Assembly: GCA_964016885.1 (NCBI GenBank)
Contig: OZ024741.1
Location: 98,084,001 to 98,148,000 of the forward strand
From: Eledone cirrhosa
Taxonomy: Eukaryota
Direction: 5' to 3'
DNA: 64,000 nt
Shown in pieces: positions 27,646-38,323 of this stretch. The notes under the pieces are model-generated. The model searched no databases. It was not told the DNA's origin and saw only the letters and a program-made list of their open reading frames with translations. The number at the start of each line of letters is the position of its first letter. The first letter of the stretch is position 1. The translations under genes were made by a program, and so were the position numbers.

Positions 27646-28063
27646 ATATATATATATATATATAGACAGAGAGAGAGAGAGGGGGAGAGAGGGAGAAAGA
27701 GAGAGAGAGAGAGAGAGATGGATAGATATATGCATCATTTTTGTATTTGTTGATTATTATTACGGGTAGGGAGGAAAATATGGATGAAGTTGAAGCTGCT
27801 GATGATAATGATGAAGACGATGACGGCAACGATGATGATGGCGGTGTAGATAATGTTAATGTTAATGATGATGATAGATGGGGTTATCATGTTGTTGGTG
27901 GTGGGGTTGGTGAAAATATTTGGGGGAGCTGTGACTGATGTAGGTCGTTCTAGTATCTGTGTTAGTAGCTAGCTAAAATAATGGAAATAGAGGTGGTAGT
28001 AGGGATAACTACTGCAGCAGCAGCAGTTAGTTATAGTAGTAGTAGTAGTATCAGTAGTAGTAA

Positions 28064-28246
28064 TAATTGTTTCTACTTTAGGCACAAGACCACAAATTAC
28101 CCAATGCATTACTGGTACTTTATTTTATCGACCCCGTAAGGATGAAAGGCAAAGTCAACCTCGGCGGGATTTGAACTCAGATCGTAAAGGGACGTAACTA
28201 TGCTGGAAAGCATGGCGTCCGACCCCCTACCGATACTGCCAATCCA
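28064..28246 (-). mobile_element. Nin/Deu-domain SINE
   Basis: Same family as 12056 and 16617; its tail merges into a (TTA/CTA)n repeat. Confidence 0.85.
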
Positions 28247-28410
28247 CAATAATGATGTTAACCGGGATATTGAATCAAGTGACTATTGTGTAAAGAACGG
28301 AATATATAGATTTACCTTCTGTGTGCTTGTTTGCTGGTGTGTGTATATGAGATTATGTACCTGCTTGTCTGTATATATATATATATATATATATAACGTG
28401 TCTGTGTGTG

Positions 28411-28504
<94 letters not shown>

Positions 28505-28520
28505 CACACACAGACACGTT

Positions 28521-28564
<44 letters not shown>

Positions 28565-29319
28565 AGAGCGTGAACCTAATAAACCTTTATTTGTCTGCCT
28601 CTCTGTTTTGTTCTCGTCCAAATTTGCACTATATATATGTGTGTATATATACATACTCACACACACATTTATATGTGTGTGTATATATAAATGTGTGTGT
28701 GTGTCTGTGTGTGTATGTCTGTTTCTGTGTGCGCGTGTCTCTGAGTGTGTACACGAGTGTGTGGTGTATGAAACCTATGTGATTTCTATGGCGATTGTGG
28801 AGGAAGTGTTTGAGATCATGAGGCTGGTGGTGACAGACTTGTTCATTCGGTAAACAATAGATGTCATGGCCTGTTTATTCAGTCCCTTAAAACATTATAA
28901 AACAACAAACCTTTCTAATTAGTCGAAGGTCAGTAGCAGGGCACTCGGGTACAGTGCTCTCTCTCTCTCCTTCTCTTACTCTCTCATAAACGCATATAAA
29001 TAGTCTTTCACTCGTTCTCTTTCTCACTCTGTTTCATTGGCAACCAGATTTAAGAACACTCCATTTCTACTGCCAATACCACGACCAGCGCTGATTATAT
29101 TGTTTTGTATGTTTTAGCATTATGGAATTGTTTCCATTGTAATTGTATATTTAGAATTCCTGGTGTTGAATAAAGAATTGGAGAGCAGTAGTGGAACGCA
29201 AAATACTTGAGTAAGATTTCCTTATCGCCCGAGCTCAAATCCTATCTAGATATCATTTGTAAATTATTGTTTTGGAGTTTATAACATCAATACCAATCAT
29301 GTACTAAGTTAATATTAAT

Positions 29320-29378
29320 TGTTTCTACTTTAGGCACAAGGCCAGCAATTATCCAGTGCATTACTGGTACTTTATTTT
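29320..29378 (-). mobile_element. Severely 5'-truncated SINE with 21-bp TSD
   Basis: TSD atgtactaagttaatattaat at 29299-29319 and 29379-29399. Confidence 0.85.
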
Positions 29379-29479
29379 ATGTACTAAGTTAATATTAATG
29401 TATGTTCGTCTGGTCTTATTATTCTATTAAGTTTCGCCAATAGAGAGAGAGCATGTTTCTATCATAGAAACAAAACAGT

Positions 29480-29845
29480 TTCTTCTTCTTCTTCTTCTTC
29501 TTCTTCTTCTTCTTCTTCTTCTTCTTCTTCTTCTTCTACCGGTTGGTTTTGCCCGTAAAATCCACCCAACGATTCTTTTCTGAGACATTCTAAACAGATC
29601 CCCAAAGTATCAGAGCTGTGATCTCTCAATTCGTAGAAGCAGCTCTACCTGGGATAACGGTTTGATCTCTGAGCTACGCAATCTATCGAGTAACATCACT
29701 CCAAAGACCCTTCGGAGGAACCTAATTTCGGCTGTTTTTATTCGCGTTGGTATTCTTTCGATTATTACCCAATATCCATGACCATATTTAAATGTTGGAA
29801 CGAATACCGAATTGAAGAAATTCAGCCTCCTGCCTTCAATCACTC
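29480..29845 (-). mobile_element. RTE-clade (Expander-like) LINE 3' fragment with (AAG)n tail
   Basis: SVFVPTFKYGHGYWVIIERIPTRIKTAEIRFLRRVFG...LLLRIERSQL is a typical RTE C-terminal region. Confidence 0.8.
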
Positions 29846-31206
29846 GTGAACACGGCCCAGAGACACCTGAACTTTCTACCTGATTCCAAATCCAATAATG
29901 AGATTTTTTTTAGTAAGGCATACAGTTATTTGCAGACCTGTGTGTCAGAATGTTTCTATCATATCCCACATATTGGAATCCTTCCTCAGCTGAGCCACAT
30001 CCCCTTGGTGCGCATGATTGATAATGGTCTGTCTGTGGACCGCTGCAGTAAAGAGCTAACCACATCTCTGACGAATATGGCGAGCGCAATATCTAAACTT
30101 TGTAGTTTGCCAAAATAACCGCATTCGAGCGCATCTCCGAAATTTGGATCGTACTAATGGCTTGATCTATATGTAGTGACCTCTAATAATGTTTATAATA
30201 TCTTTTTGCCACGATAACAATGACAAAAACAAACACAACATCAACAACAACAGTTATCACGTGGACAGTATTTCGTGCGTTTTTTGATAATAGTATATTT
30301 GATTCACTGATGAGAATAATAATACAATTAATGCCATTTACTTCTAAAGACTGGGAATAAGGACAATAATTTTACAACTAAATATTGAAAAATGAAAAAT
30401 AAAAATAATGAATGATAATTATATTTAATTGTATTCTTTTCAAAGAAAATACTAATTATTCAGAGACATTTAGTCATTTTAATAATTTCCATGCATTTGG
30501 AATTGATGGGTTTTAGTAAAAACACCGATATGGACACTTGAATATGGATGATTCTCATATACATATCAACACAAGCATGCATGCGCCTATATACACGCAC
30601 ACATAAAGAAAAACGTTGGGGAATGTACGTTTAATTAGAGATATATAAGTACACATACATATTCATATATGTATGTATGTATGTTTCATGCAGAAACATG
30701 TATGTGTGCTTGTATACGTCTATATGTTTGTGAGTGTATAGAAGTGAAACTACAATAAAAACACAGCAGCTATGAAATTTATCAGTTTATGAGAATTTAA
30801 TTTAGACGTTCCATCAATCATTGATTGTTCTGCAAATGATGAGTTGTGAACAGTTTGTTAACAGACAAATGTATAGAATGAAGGCGAATAACCAATTCTT
30901 CTATAAGCAGGAATCAAGAAAAATCAACAATATATATGGTCAGGAAAAAATATAAACAATATATGCTGATAATTACTTCCATTACTAATTAGTAATAAAA
31001 ATAAAAATAACAATGATATGTAATTATTATTGATATGTTATTGAATAGTGAAATCAAAGCATAAAATGATGAAACGGTTCAATTGGTACAGAGATGAGTG
31101 AAGGAATAATAGAGAACAAGGTGAATAGGTGTGTAAGTAGGAATATTGGAACAGAGGTTTGATACGTGTTTACAGGAAGAATATTAGAATAGACTTTAGT
31201 TGGGAC

Positions 31207-31280
<74 letters not shown>

Positions 31281-31829
31281 CGGTGATGATGAAGATGAAG
31301 ATGATGATGATGATGAGGAGGAGGAGGAGGAGGGGAGGGATGGGAAAAGGAGGAGTAGGAGGAGGGGGAGGGGTAAGTGGAGGAGGAGGAGGAGGAAGTG
31401 GAGGAGGAGGAGTGGTGGAAGAGCTGCAGTACTCGTATTGATTTTGTAGGTGTATGATATATATTACTATATATCTGTGTTGATAAAATTATCGTATTGT
31501 TCTCAGACTATATATTCTAATGAAAGGAGTTCCAGCTAGGAACATTTTGCATTTATAGTGGAATAAAATATCTAGAACTACACCATTATTCAGTGTGTTC
31601 TTCTTTTACGGTAGAAAGTTTGGATATGGGGAAAATTTGGCTGTCATTTCTTACAGGTGAAATAACTTCGTTGAGTATCATTACCTAAATCGGACAACAT
31701 AATGTAGCAATACTTAGTGTCAATGCTATTCTTACCGATGATGTGCTATTGCAGTTACGCTTTATCTTTAGTTCTAGGCTACTGCTGATGGAATAGAACT
31801 TTGATTGATAGACAATCAAGCCATGAGCA

Positions 31830-31870
<41 letters not shown>

Positions 31871-31960
31871 TTAGTTAAGCAAAACAAGACCACAGATTTC
31901 ACAAGGAAGACATTATTAAAGGATTGTCAACATATTTTAGTTTGATGCAAGGAATGTAGA

Positions 31961-32017
<57 letters not shown>

Positions 32018-32277
32018 TTTCTTTATTAACCACAAGGGTTTACATAAAGTAGACATTAAGGACAGTGCAGGACAATGCAGGACGGTACAAATGGGCATTT
32101 CTGCGTGTAAAAAAACAAAAACAGAGGATGTAACAAAAATAACAATGAAAATAACAATGAAAAATTCCCCAATAGGGGGGAGACTTCGGAGGGACATTTG
32201 TGGAGAAAGCCCAGTAAAAAGCCACAATGACCCTGACCACCAAGGCAAGTGCCCTCTCCCAGTTTTCCACCTTTAGT

Positions 32278-35200
32278 TTACAGATATATACTCAGAGTCG
32301 GCCCATTCACTCGGGCCATTCTTGCTTCTCTCACCCATCTTTCAACAAAATGCTGGGAAGAGAGCACTTCCTTCTCTACTCTGATTTTCCTTTTCAAATG
32401 AAATTTGAAAAAGTCAATCAGAGCATCACCGAAGAGGTAAGTGCTCGTCTTCAGCCCTTTCAAACGTGTCCACCATACTATCTCTTTCGCCATGGCCACC
32501 AGACAGATAAAAACTGCCTGCCCATCCCGGCTAAAGGAGGAGGGCGGGGCAATCCTCACGATGGACTCAGATGATAGCTGGATCCGTCCTAAACGCGACA
32601 GCAGGTGTTCGACATAAACCCACAAGTCAGCAATTTTCGGACACTGGACGAGTGCGTGCAGGACGGTTTCGTCGCCCTGCGCGCATCTCGGACATGCCCG
32701 GCTGACGACACCTCCATGCCTGTAGAGTTTATCCCGAACTGGCAAGGCTCCTCGGTAGCACTGCCAGGCCAGAGATTTCTGGAAGTTGTCCATAGGCCCT
32801 GGCCCGAAAGTTCTTCCGAAGAGATTGGCTAGTTGATTTTCGTCGACGCCTAGAGTTTCCCCATGTACGTCGTAGCTCTTCCCCTCCACTAATCCTCTAT
32901 AGAACGCCGAGGTGGAGTTTCCACCGATCACATTGCCCGATTGGTCGAGGGCTGTGAGCGCCTGAAGACATTCCAGTCTCCAGGCGCTCCCTCTCGGTTT
33001 TCGCTTGACCCAGGACTGCAGCTCCGTCAAGGAGACGAGCTGGGGAAAAACGCGTCTAGCAAACGGCGACCACACCTGATCACCGTCGAGGAAGAGGTGG
33101 AGATGTCGTAGCCTGAGCGCGTGCCTGCGCATCATCAGCCACGGCATGCCCAGCCCTCCACGTAGCGGGTGTTGACAACAGATGGACCGCCTGACCATCG
33201 GAGCACGTCCCTTCCACAAAAAGCGAAAGAGCAAACGCTCCAGCGCAGTCAGGCGAGGCTTAGGACAAGGTACGACGGTTAGGCGGTAGCAGATGACAGA
33301 CGCGATGTACGCGTTAGCCACCTCCGCTCGACCTTTCAGGGATAGCTTCCTCTCCGCCCATTTCTGGGTGAGAGAAGCCACCCTGCTCGTCACCTCGTCC
33401 CAGTTTTTGTCCGTCTGGAGGTCCGGACCGAACCAGACCCCTAGCAATTTAACCGGTCCGTCCGTCCAGCGCCCGACGACGCTGTTGGACGGCATGGACC
33501 TGCCTCTCCAGGTGCCGAGCTGCAGGCCCACTGACTTTTCCTGGTTGATCATTGCTCCTGTCACCGCTTCGTATTCTCTTAGTGTAGTGCCGATCGCCTC
33601 GATGTGTTTGGCGTTCGACACCACTACGGTGACATCGTCCGCATATGCTGACACGGATCTTCCGCATCCTAGTTCGCGCGGGACTCCCCTCAACGTCTCC
33701 AGTTTGTGCAGTAATGGCTCGAGAGTCAATACGTACAAGAGGGACGAGAGGGGACATCCTTGGCGGACCGAGCGCATGATGTTGAACGGTTCCGACAGGT
33801 GACCGTTCACTCTCACCACAGAGCAGATGTCGCTGTGCATGGCAGCGATCCAGCCTCTGAAGACGGGCCCAAAGCCAGCCGCCCTCAGGACTGCCGCTAG
33901 GTAACGATGGTCGACCCTATCGAAAGCTTTCGACTGATCTAAATTGATCAAGGACCCACCCGTGCCAGGTTCCCTAGCTACCCTCTCTACGATGTATCGC
34001 ATGAGGTGGAGGTTGTCGTGGATGGATCTGTCGGGAATGGCGCATGTCTGCGCCTCTCCCACCAGACCACCAACGACAAGCGCCAACCTCTTTGCTAGCA
34101 CCTTGGCCAAAATCTTAAACTCTGTGTTTAGCAGAGTTATGGGCCGGAAATTGTCTATGTTATCCCCCTTGTTCGGATCCTTTCTCAGCAGTGCCACCGC
34201 TCCTCGGCTCACAGAACTGGGAATTCTCCCGTTCTGTTGCCAGTTGCAGTAGACGTCCGCCAAGAGGCCTCCGAACAAGTCTGGCATCTGTACGTAAAGT
34301 TCATAGGGCAGACCATCCAAACCAGGCGATTTACCCCTTGTGCAGCCAGTCATTGCCTCCCGTACTTCAGCGGTTGTTATCGGCTTTTCGCAACACTTCG
34401 CCTCAGTGGCCGAGAGCCGCGGCAGTCCGTCGAGGTAGACACTAAAGTCCATCCCTCTACCCGGCCCCCCGCTGCCCCCGAACAGCTGAGCGAAGTGTCG
34501 CTGAAAAGCTTCACACATTTGCCCGGGATCGAGTAGCATGCGCCCGTCGTGGTCCACCAAAGACCGGATCGTGGCTTTGTTGCCACGACGCGCCTCCGCC
34601 ACTCGGGCCCATTGAACGGCTTTCGTCCCCTCGTGTCTGAGAGCACGCACCCTAGCTCTGACAACGCAGCCTTCGTGCTTTGCATTGAAGAATTGGTCAA
34701 GGGCCAATTTCGCCGCAAGCACGTCGGTCGCAATGCCTTTGCTAAGCGCCTCGTCTAATTTTCTAACTAGTTCTCCCTCTGCTCTATTTTTCTCTATTGC
34801 TAAAGCCTTACTAAACCTAATCGATTCTATTCTAATCGCTCTTTTCAGAGCAAACCACCACTTGTTGTTGACGATGGCCCCCGTCAACGCCCGCTTAACT
34901 AGTTCGCTAATCCGGTCTCTGTAGGCCTTGCGCGCTGGTAAGGACGCGTTTAGCTTCCAGTAGCCGGGTCCTCGTCTATGAAGCCTATCTAGGTCAAGCA
35001 CACACATCACGAATTTGTGGTCCGTGTAGCTGACTATCTTGAATTGTGGACAGCCTATGCTAGACCTATCTATTTCCTTACAAAATACTCTATCTAGATA
35101 TGATCTGGATGACCCTATGCGGTTTGTCCAAGTCCACATTGGCACATTCGGGAAATCCAATCGGTACCTGTCAGACAGTTCAAAACGCCTGAGCAGGTTG

Positions 35201-35697
35201 GTGAGGCTCTTGCACCCTCCACCCCTATCCGCTAATCCCACACAGTCCCAGCGTGCATCTAAGATCCCGTTCCAGTCGCCCACTAACACTAAAGAGCGGG
35301 ACGTTCCAAGAAAGGTCTCCAGACGCCGGAAGAAATCAGGCCGCCCTGCTCCTGTCGGGGCATAGACGGCCACTAGCCTGAAAGCTTGCCCGTCTCCGCT
35401 GGTCACGTCCAGCACCACCAGCTTACCCTCTGGGTCCAGGAAGATGGCCCGTATGGCGAGATCCAAACCTCTCCGAAAAAGCACAGCAACTCCTCCACCC
35501 GATCCAGGACGGCTGGGAGATGCGTACACATCGTAGCCGCCGAATATCGGTGCGAAGGCCCGTGCTTCGGAGATTCTGGTCTCGCTGATGGCCACTACAT
35601 CTATGTTTAGTGACCTGAGGTCGTTGAGCAGGTGACCCTGCTTCCATGACGACCCCAAGCCACGCGCATTTATGCTGCCTATTCTGAGTGAGGTCAT
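32278..35697 (-). CDS. ORF2p: APE endonuclease + reverse transcriptase + CCHC zinc finger (1139 aa)
   Basis: SINARGL, SETR, VYAP, GDWN, YLDR, TDH (APE); KSPGLDG, FRPITLLN, DQSKAFD, VRQGCPLS, YADD (RT); CPRC..ETVLHALVQC. Confidence 0.95.
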   Translation of the reverse strand: MTSLRIGSINARGLGSSWKQGHLLNDLRSLNIDVVAISETRISEARAFAPIFGGYDVYASPSRPGSGGGVAVLFRRGLDLAIRAIFLDPEGKLVVLDVTSGDGQAFRLVAVYAPTGAGRPDFFRRLETFLGTSRSLVLVGDWNGILDARWDCVGLADRGGGCKSLTNLLRRFELSDRYRLDFPNVPMWTWTNRIGSSRSYLDRVFCKEIDRSSIGCPQFKIVSYTDHKFVMCVLDLDRLHRRGPGYWKLNASLPARKAYRDRISELVKRALTGAIVNNKWWFALKRAIRIESIRFSKALAIEKNRAEGELVRKLDEALSKGIATDVLAAKLALDQFFNAKHEGCVVRARVRALRHEGTKAVQWARVAEARRGNKATIRSLVDHDGRMLLDPGQMCEAFQRHFAQLFGGSGGPGRGMDFSVYLDGLPRLSATEAKCCEKPITTAEVREAMTGCTRGKSPGLDGLPYELYVQMPDLFGGLLADVYCNWQQNGRIPSSVSRGAVALLRKDPNKGDNIDNFRPITLLNTEFKILAKVLAKRLALVVGGLVGEAQTCAIPDRSIHDNLHLMRYIVERVAREPGTGGSLINLDQSKAFDRVDHRYLAAVLRAAGFGPVFRGWIAAMHSDICSVVRVNGHLSEPFNIMRSVRQGCPLSSLLYVLTLEPLLHKLETLRGVPRELGCGRSVSAYADDVTVVVSNAKHIEAIGTTLREYEAVTGAMINQEKSVGLQLGTWRGRSMPSNSVVGRWTDGPVKLLGVWFGPDLQTDKNWDEVTSRVASLTQKWAERKLSLKGRAEVANAYIASVICYRLTVVPCPKPRLTALERLLFRFLWKGRAPMVRRSICCQHPLRGGLGMPWLMMRRHALRLRHLHLFLDGDQVWSPFARRVFPQLVSLTELQSWVKRKPRGSAWRLECLQALTALDQSGNVIGGNSTSAFYRGLVEGKSYDVHGETLGVDENQLANLFGRTFGPGPMDNFQKSLAWQCYRGALPVRDKLYRHGGVVSRACPRCAQGDETVLHALVQCPKIADLWVYVEHLLSRLGRIQLSSESIVRIAPPSSFSRDGQAVFICLVAMAKEIVWWTRLKGLKTSTYLFGDALIDFFKFHLKRKIRVEKEVLSSQHFVERWVREARMARVNGPTLSIYL

Positions 35698-35732
35698 GTT
35701 TAAAATAGAGTGGAAAAGATGGGAAAGACCAC

Positions 35733-37829
35733 TTACCGTACTTTTGGTAGAGGAGGGATGGTTTTTACATCCCTTTTCACTTGATCGTCTGGTGAAGGGA
35801 CCGTTGAATCGTCCCTTCGGCTGGTCGTCGGCTCTTCTAAGAGAATGTCTGAATATACTCTTCGATTGATGGTTCCTCCTAGGTCCCTGAAATCACCAAC
35901 TGCGTTGGGGAATTTCGTTTTAATGTTTGTGTAATGTTTCTGTGCTATTTTTAGCAGTCTTATGTTAGTTGGCGTTTTGATTGGTGCTGGTATTATGTAG
36001 TCCTGTTGTGAAATGTCTGTGTGTTCAATTATGTAAGTCATTAGTTTCTTGTTGTGTGTATTTATTGCCGTGCATTTGTTTTTCTGGGGGTGGGGTGTGG
36101 TTCTGCTATTTTCTTGTCGTTGTTGCTGGGTGTGTGTGTTTTGTTGTTGTGTTTGCGATGTTGGTGCTTGTGGTGGTGGTGTTGAAGGTGTTGTTGGCGG
36201 TGGGGTTGTCGCCGGTGGTGATGGTGGCGCTAGTGTGGGTGGTGATGGTGTTGGTGTTGTTGCTGCTGTGGGTCTCTTTGCAGTAGACTTTACCCTTTTC
36301 TCATTTCTCTCCTCCCTTTTCAAAGGCGACGATGCGCTGCTTCTGCGTTTGTGCCTTCTTACGACCTTTTGCCATCTCTCTCCCACCTCACACTCCATGT
36401 CTGATTCTGTGAGGTCGGGGAGGGGTACCAACTCCACTCTTTCACTTGTTGTTGTTGGTGATGTTTGCACTGGAGTCTCTGTTGCAGCTGCATTTGGTAT
36501 TGCTGTTGTTGTTGTTAGTATTTCCACTGCTGCTGCTGTTTTTGATTTCCGTGGAGTGGGTATGGGTGCCACGGGCCTATCGTTCCTGGTTGCCGCTTGT
36601 CCTGTTGCTGGTAGCCGTGGAGCCGGATTCGGAAGGAGGGGGGTTTTCTCCTTTCTCAGGGTCTTCTCGTTGCAGAAGGCCCTGAGGTGAGTCTTCGATC
36701 CACAGCGAAAGCATTTCGGGCGTTTGCCCTCAACACTTATGGGCAGTTGAGTGCCGTTATCGAAGTCTATCACATCCGGGATAGCTTCGATGCACTCCTG
36801 GTTGGTTTGGATTAGCATCTCAATGGAGGAGCCGACCCAATCTTCTCTTACTTTTTTCTGTACTTGCAGTACAGTTGTTTTGTCCTCGATTCCGACGAGG
36901 ACAGACGCGGCCAGCCAAGAAGGGGTCATTCCGGGGGGGACGTGGGTCAGTTTGACCCTCACAATTTTTTGCCCACAGTAGGAGGGCACCAACACCATTT
37001 CCTCGCTCCTTAGGGTCACTACTGATTGGGCCTTTGCCTCCTGGGGTGTGGCAAAAAGTACGTCTACGGTGGCATATTTTTTGCCTCGGGTGATGTGCGT
37101 TTTCCGCTGCCACACAGACCCCAAGGCTTTTTGTATTTGGGCCTCTGTGGCTCTTTCCACCCTACGGGATTTTGTACTTACTGTACGGTACGTGACCGTA
37201 CAGTGCTCTTGGGTTTCGAAAAAATGTTTCGCTGCCTTGCAGATTGCTCGGTGTCCGTTCTTTGTCACCATCTTCTTCGCTTCCTCTAATTCCTCATTTG
37301 TTATGAGGATTGTTTCCAAGTTTTTCGCAATACCTGCAAATGAGATTGGTTTTTCTCTGCTGTTGTTGTTGTCGTCAGAGCTGCTGGTACTTTTGTTGTT
37401 GCTGCAGGTACTACGACTACTGCCTCCGCCGCTGTTGCTGTGGTTGTTGTTGGTGTTGCTGCTGCTAATGCTGTTGTTGTTTATGCTGCTGGTGATGCTG
37501 TTGCGGCTGCTACTGTTGTTTTCATTGTCACTGTTGCTGTTGTTATTACGGCTGCTACTGCTATTATTCCTGACGTCAGACGAATGAACTGGGTTTTCGT
37601 ATTTCCCGCACACCTGTTTCGTCGCTGTCGTCGTCGTCGTGGAGAAACCTTGCACGCTTTGCACGAGACTTTTCTTTTCTTTCGTCACTTGCGAAAGAGA
37701 AGGGAGGGAGAGAGACACATTTAAAGAAGGGAGGGAGAGAGACAATCTTCTCTCTGCTGTAGTGATGATTGAGGAAGAAGAAGACGGAATGAGTGGGAGT
37801 GACGTATGAAATTTCTTTTTCGTAGCCAT
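35733..37829 (-). CDS. ORF1p, gag-like nucleic-acid chaperone (698 aa)
   Basis: Zinc knuckle CFRCGSKTHLRAFC, an upstream RRM-like region and low-complexity linkers. Confidence 0.88.
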   Translation of the reverse strand: MATKKKFHTSLPLIPSSSSSIITTAERRLSLSLPSLNVSLSLPSLSQVTKEKKSLVQSVQGFSTTTTTATKQVCGKYENPVHSSDVRNNSSSSRNNNSNSDNENNSSSRNSITSSINNNSISSSNTNNNHSNSGGGSSRSTCSNNKSTSSSDDNNNSREKPISFAGIAKNLETILITNEELEEAKKMVTKNGHRAICKAAKHFFETQEHCTVTYRTVSTKSRRVERATEAQIQKALGSVWQRKTHITRGKKYATVDVLFATPQEAKAQSVVTLRSEEMVLVPSYCGQKIVRVKLTHVPPGMTPSWLAASVLVGIEDKTTVLQVQKKVREDWVGSSIEMLIQTNQECIEAIPDVIDFDNGTQLPISVEGKRPKCFRCGSKTHLRAFCNEKTLRKEKTPLLPNPAPRLPATGQAATRNDRPVAPIPTPRKSKTAAAVEILTTTTAIPNAAATETPVQTSPTTTSERVELVPLPDLTESDMECEVGERWQKVVRRHKRRSSASSPLKREERNEKRVKSTAKRPTAATTPTPSPPTLAPPSPPATTPPPTTPSTPPPQAPTSQTQQQNTHTQQQRQENSRTTPHPQKNKCTAINTHNKKLMTYIIEHTDISQQDYIIPAPIKTPTNIRLLKIAQKHYTNIKTKFPNAVGDFRDLGGTINRRVYSDILLEEPTTSRRDDSTVPSPDDQVKRDVKTIPPLPKVR

Positions 37830-38044
37830 GTTGTTTTTTGTTTAAAATGAAATTTTGGGTACAAAACCACAATAACTGATTATTTAACCCCGAAGGGCCA
37901 AATAACGGACAGAAAGACCCCTCTCACGAGGAGGAGGGTGTCTTTATCAACAATTTGGTTCAAGTTTTAAACAATTTACGATTGTTTTAACGGTTAAAAA
38001 TTACTATACCTTACAGAGCCGAGCCTCCGTCAACCATGGCATTC

Positions 38045-38081
<37 letters not shown>

Positions 38082-38323
38082 TTTTCTTTATTAACCACAA
38101 GGGTTCACATAAAGTAGACATTAAGGACAGTACAGGACAATACAGGACGGTACAAATGGGCATTTCTGCGTGTAAAAAAACAGAGGTTGAAATAAAATAA
38201 CAAAGAAAAATTCCCCAATAGGGGGGAGACTTCCAAGGGACATTTGTGGAGAAAGCCCATTAAAAGACCACAGTGGCCCTGACCACCAGGGCAAGTGCCC
38301 TCTCCCAGTTTTCCACCTTTAAT

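Larger units (their letters stand above)
32016..38044 (-). mobile_element. Full-length, apparently intact Tx1/L1-clade non-LTR retrotransposon (copy 1) in (AAT)n
   Basis: Two open ORFs, a 3' UTR ending AATAAAGAAATC, and (AAT)n at 31962-32015 and 38045-38080. Confidence 0.93.
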
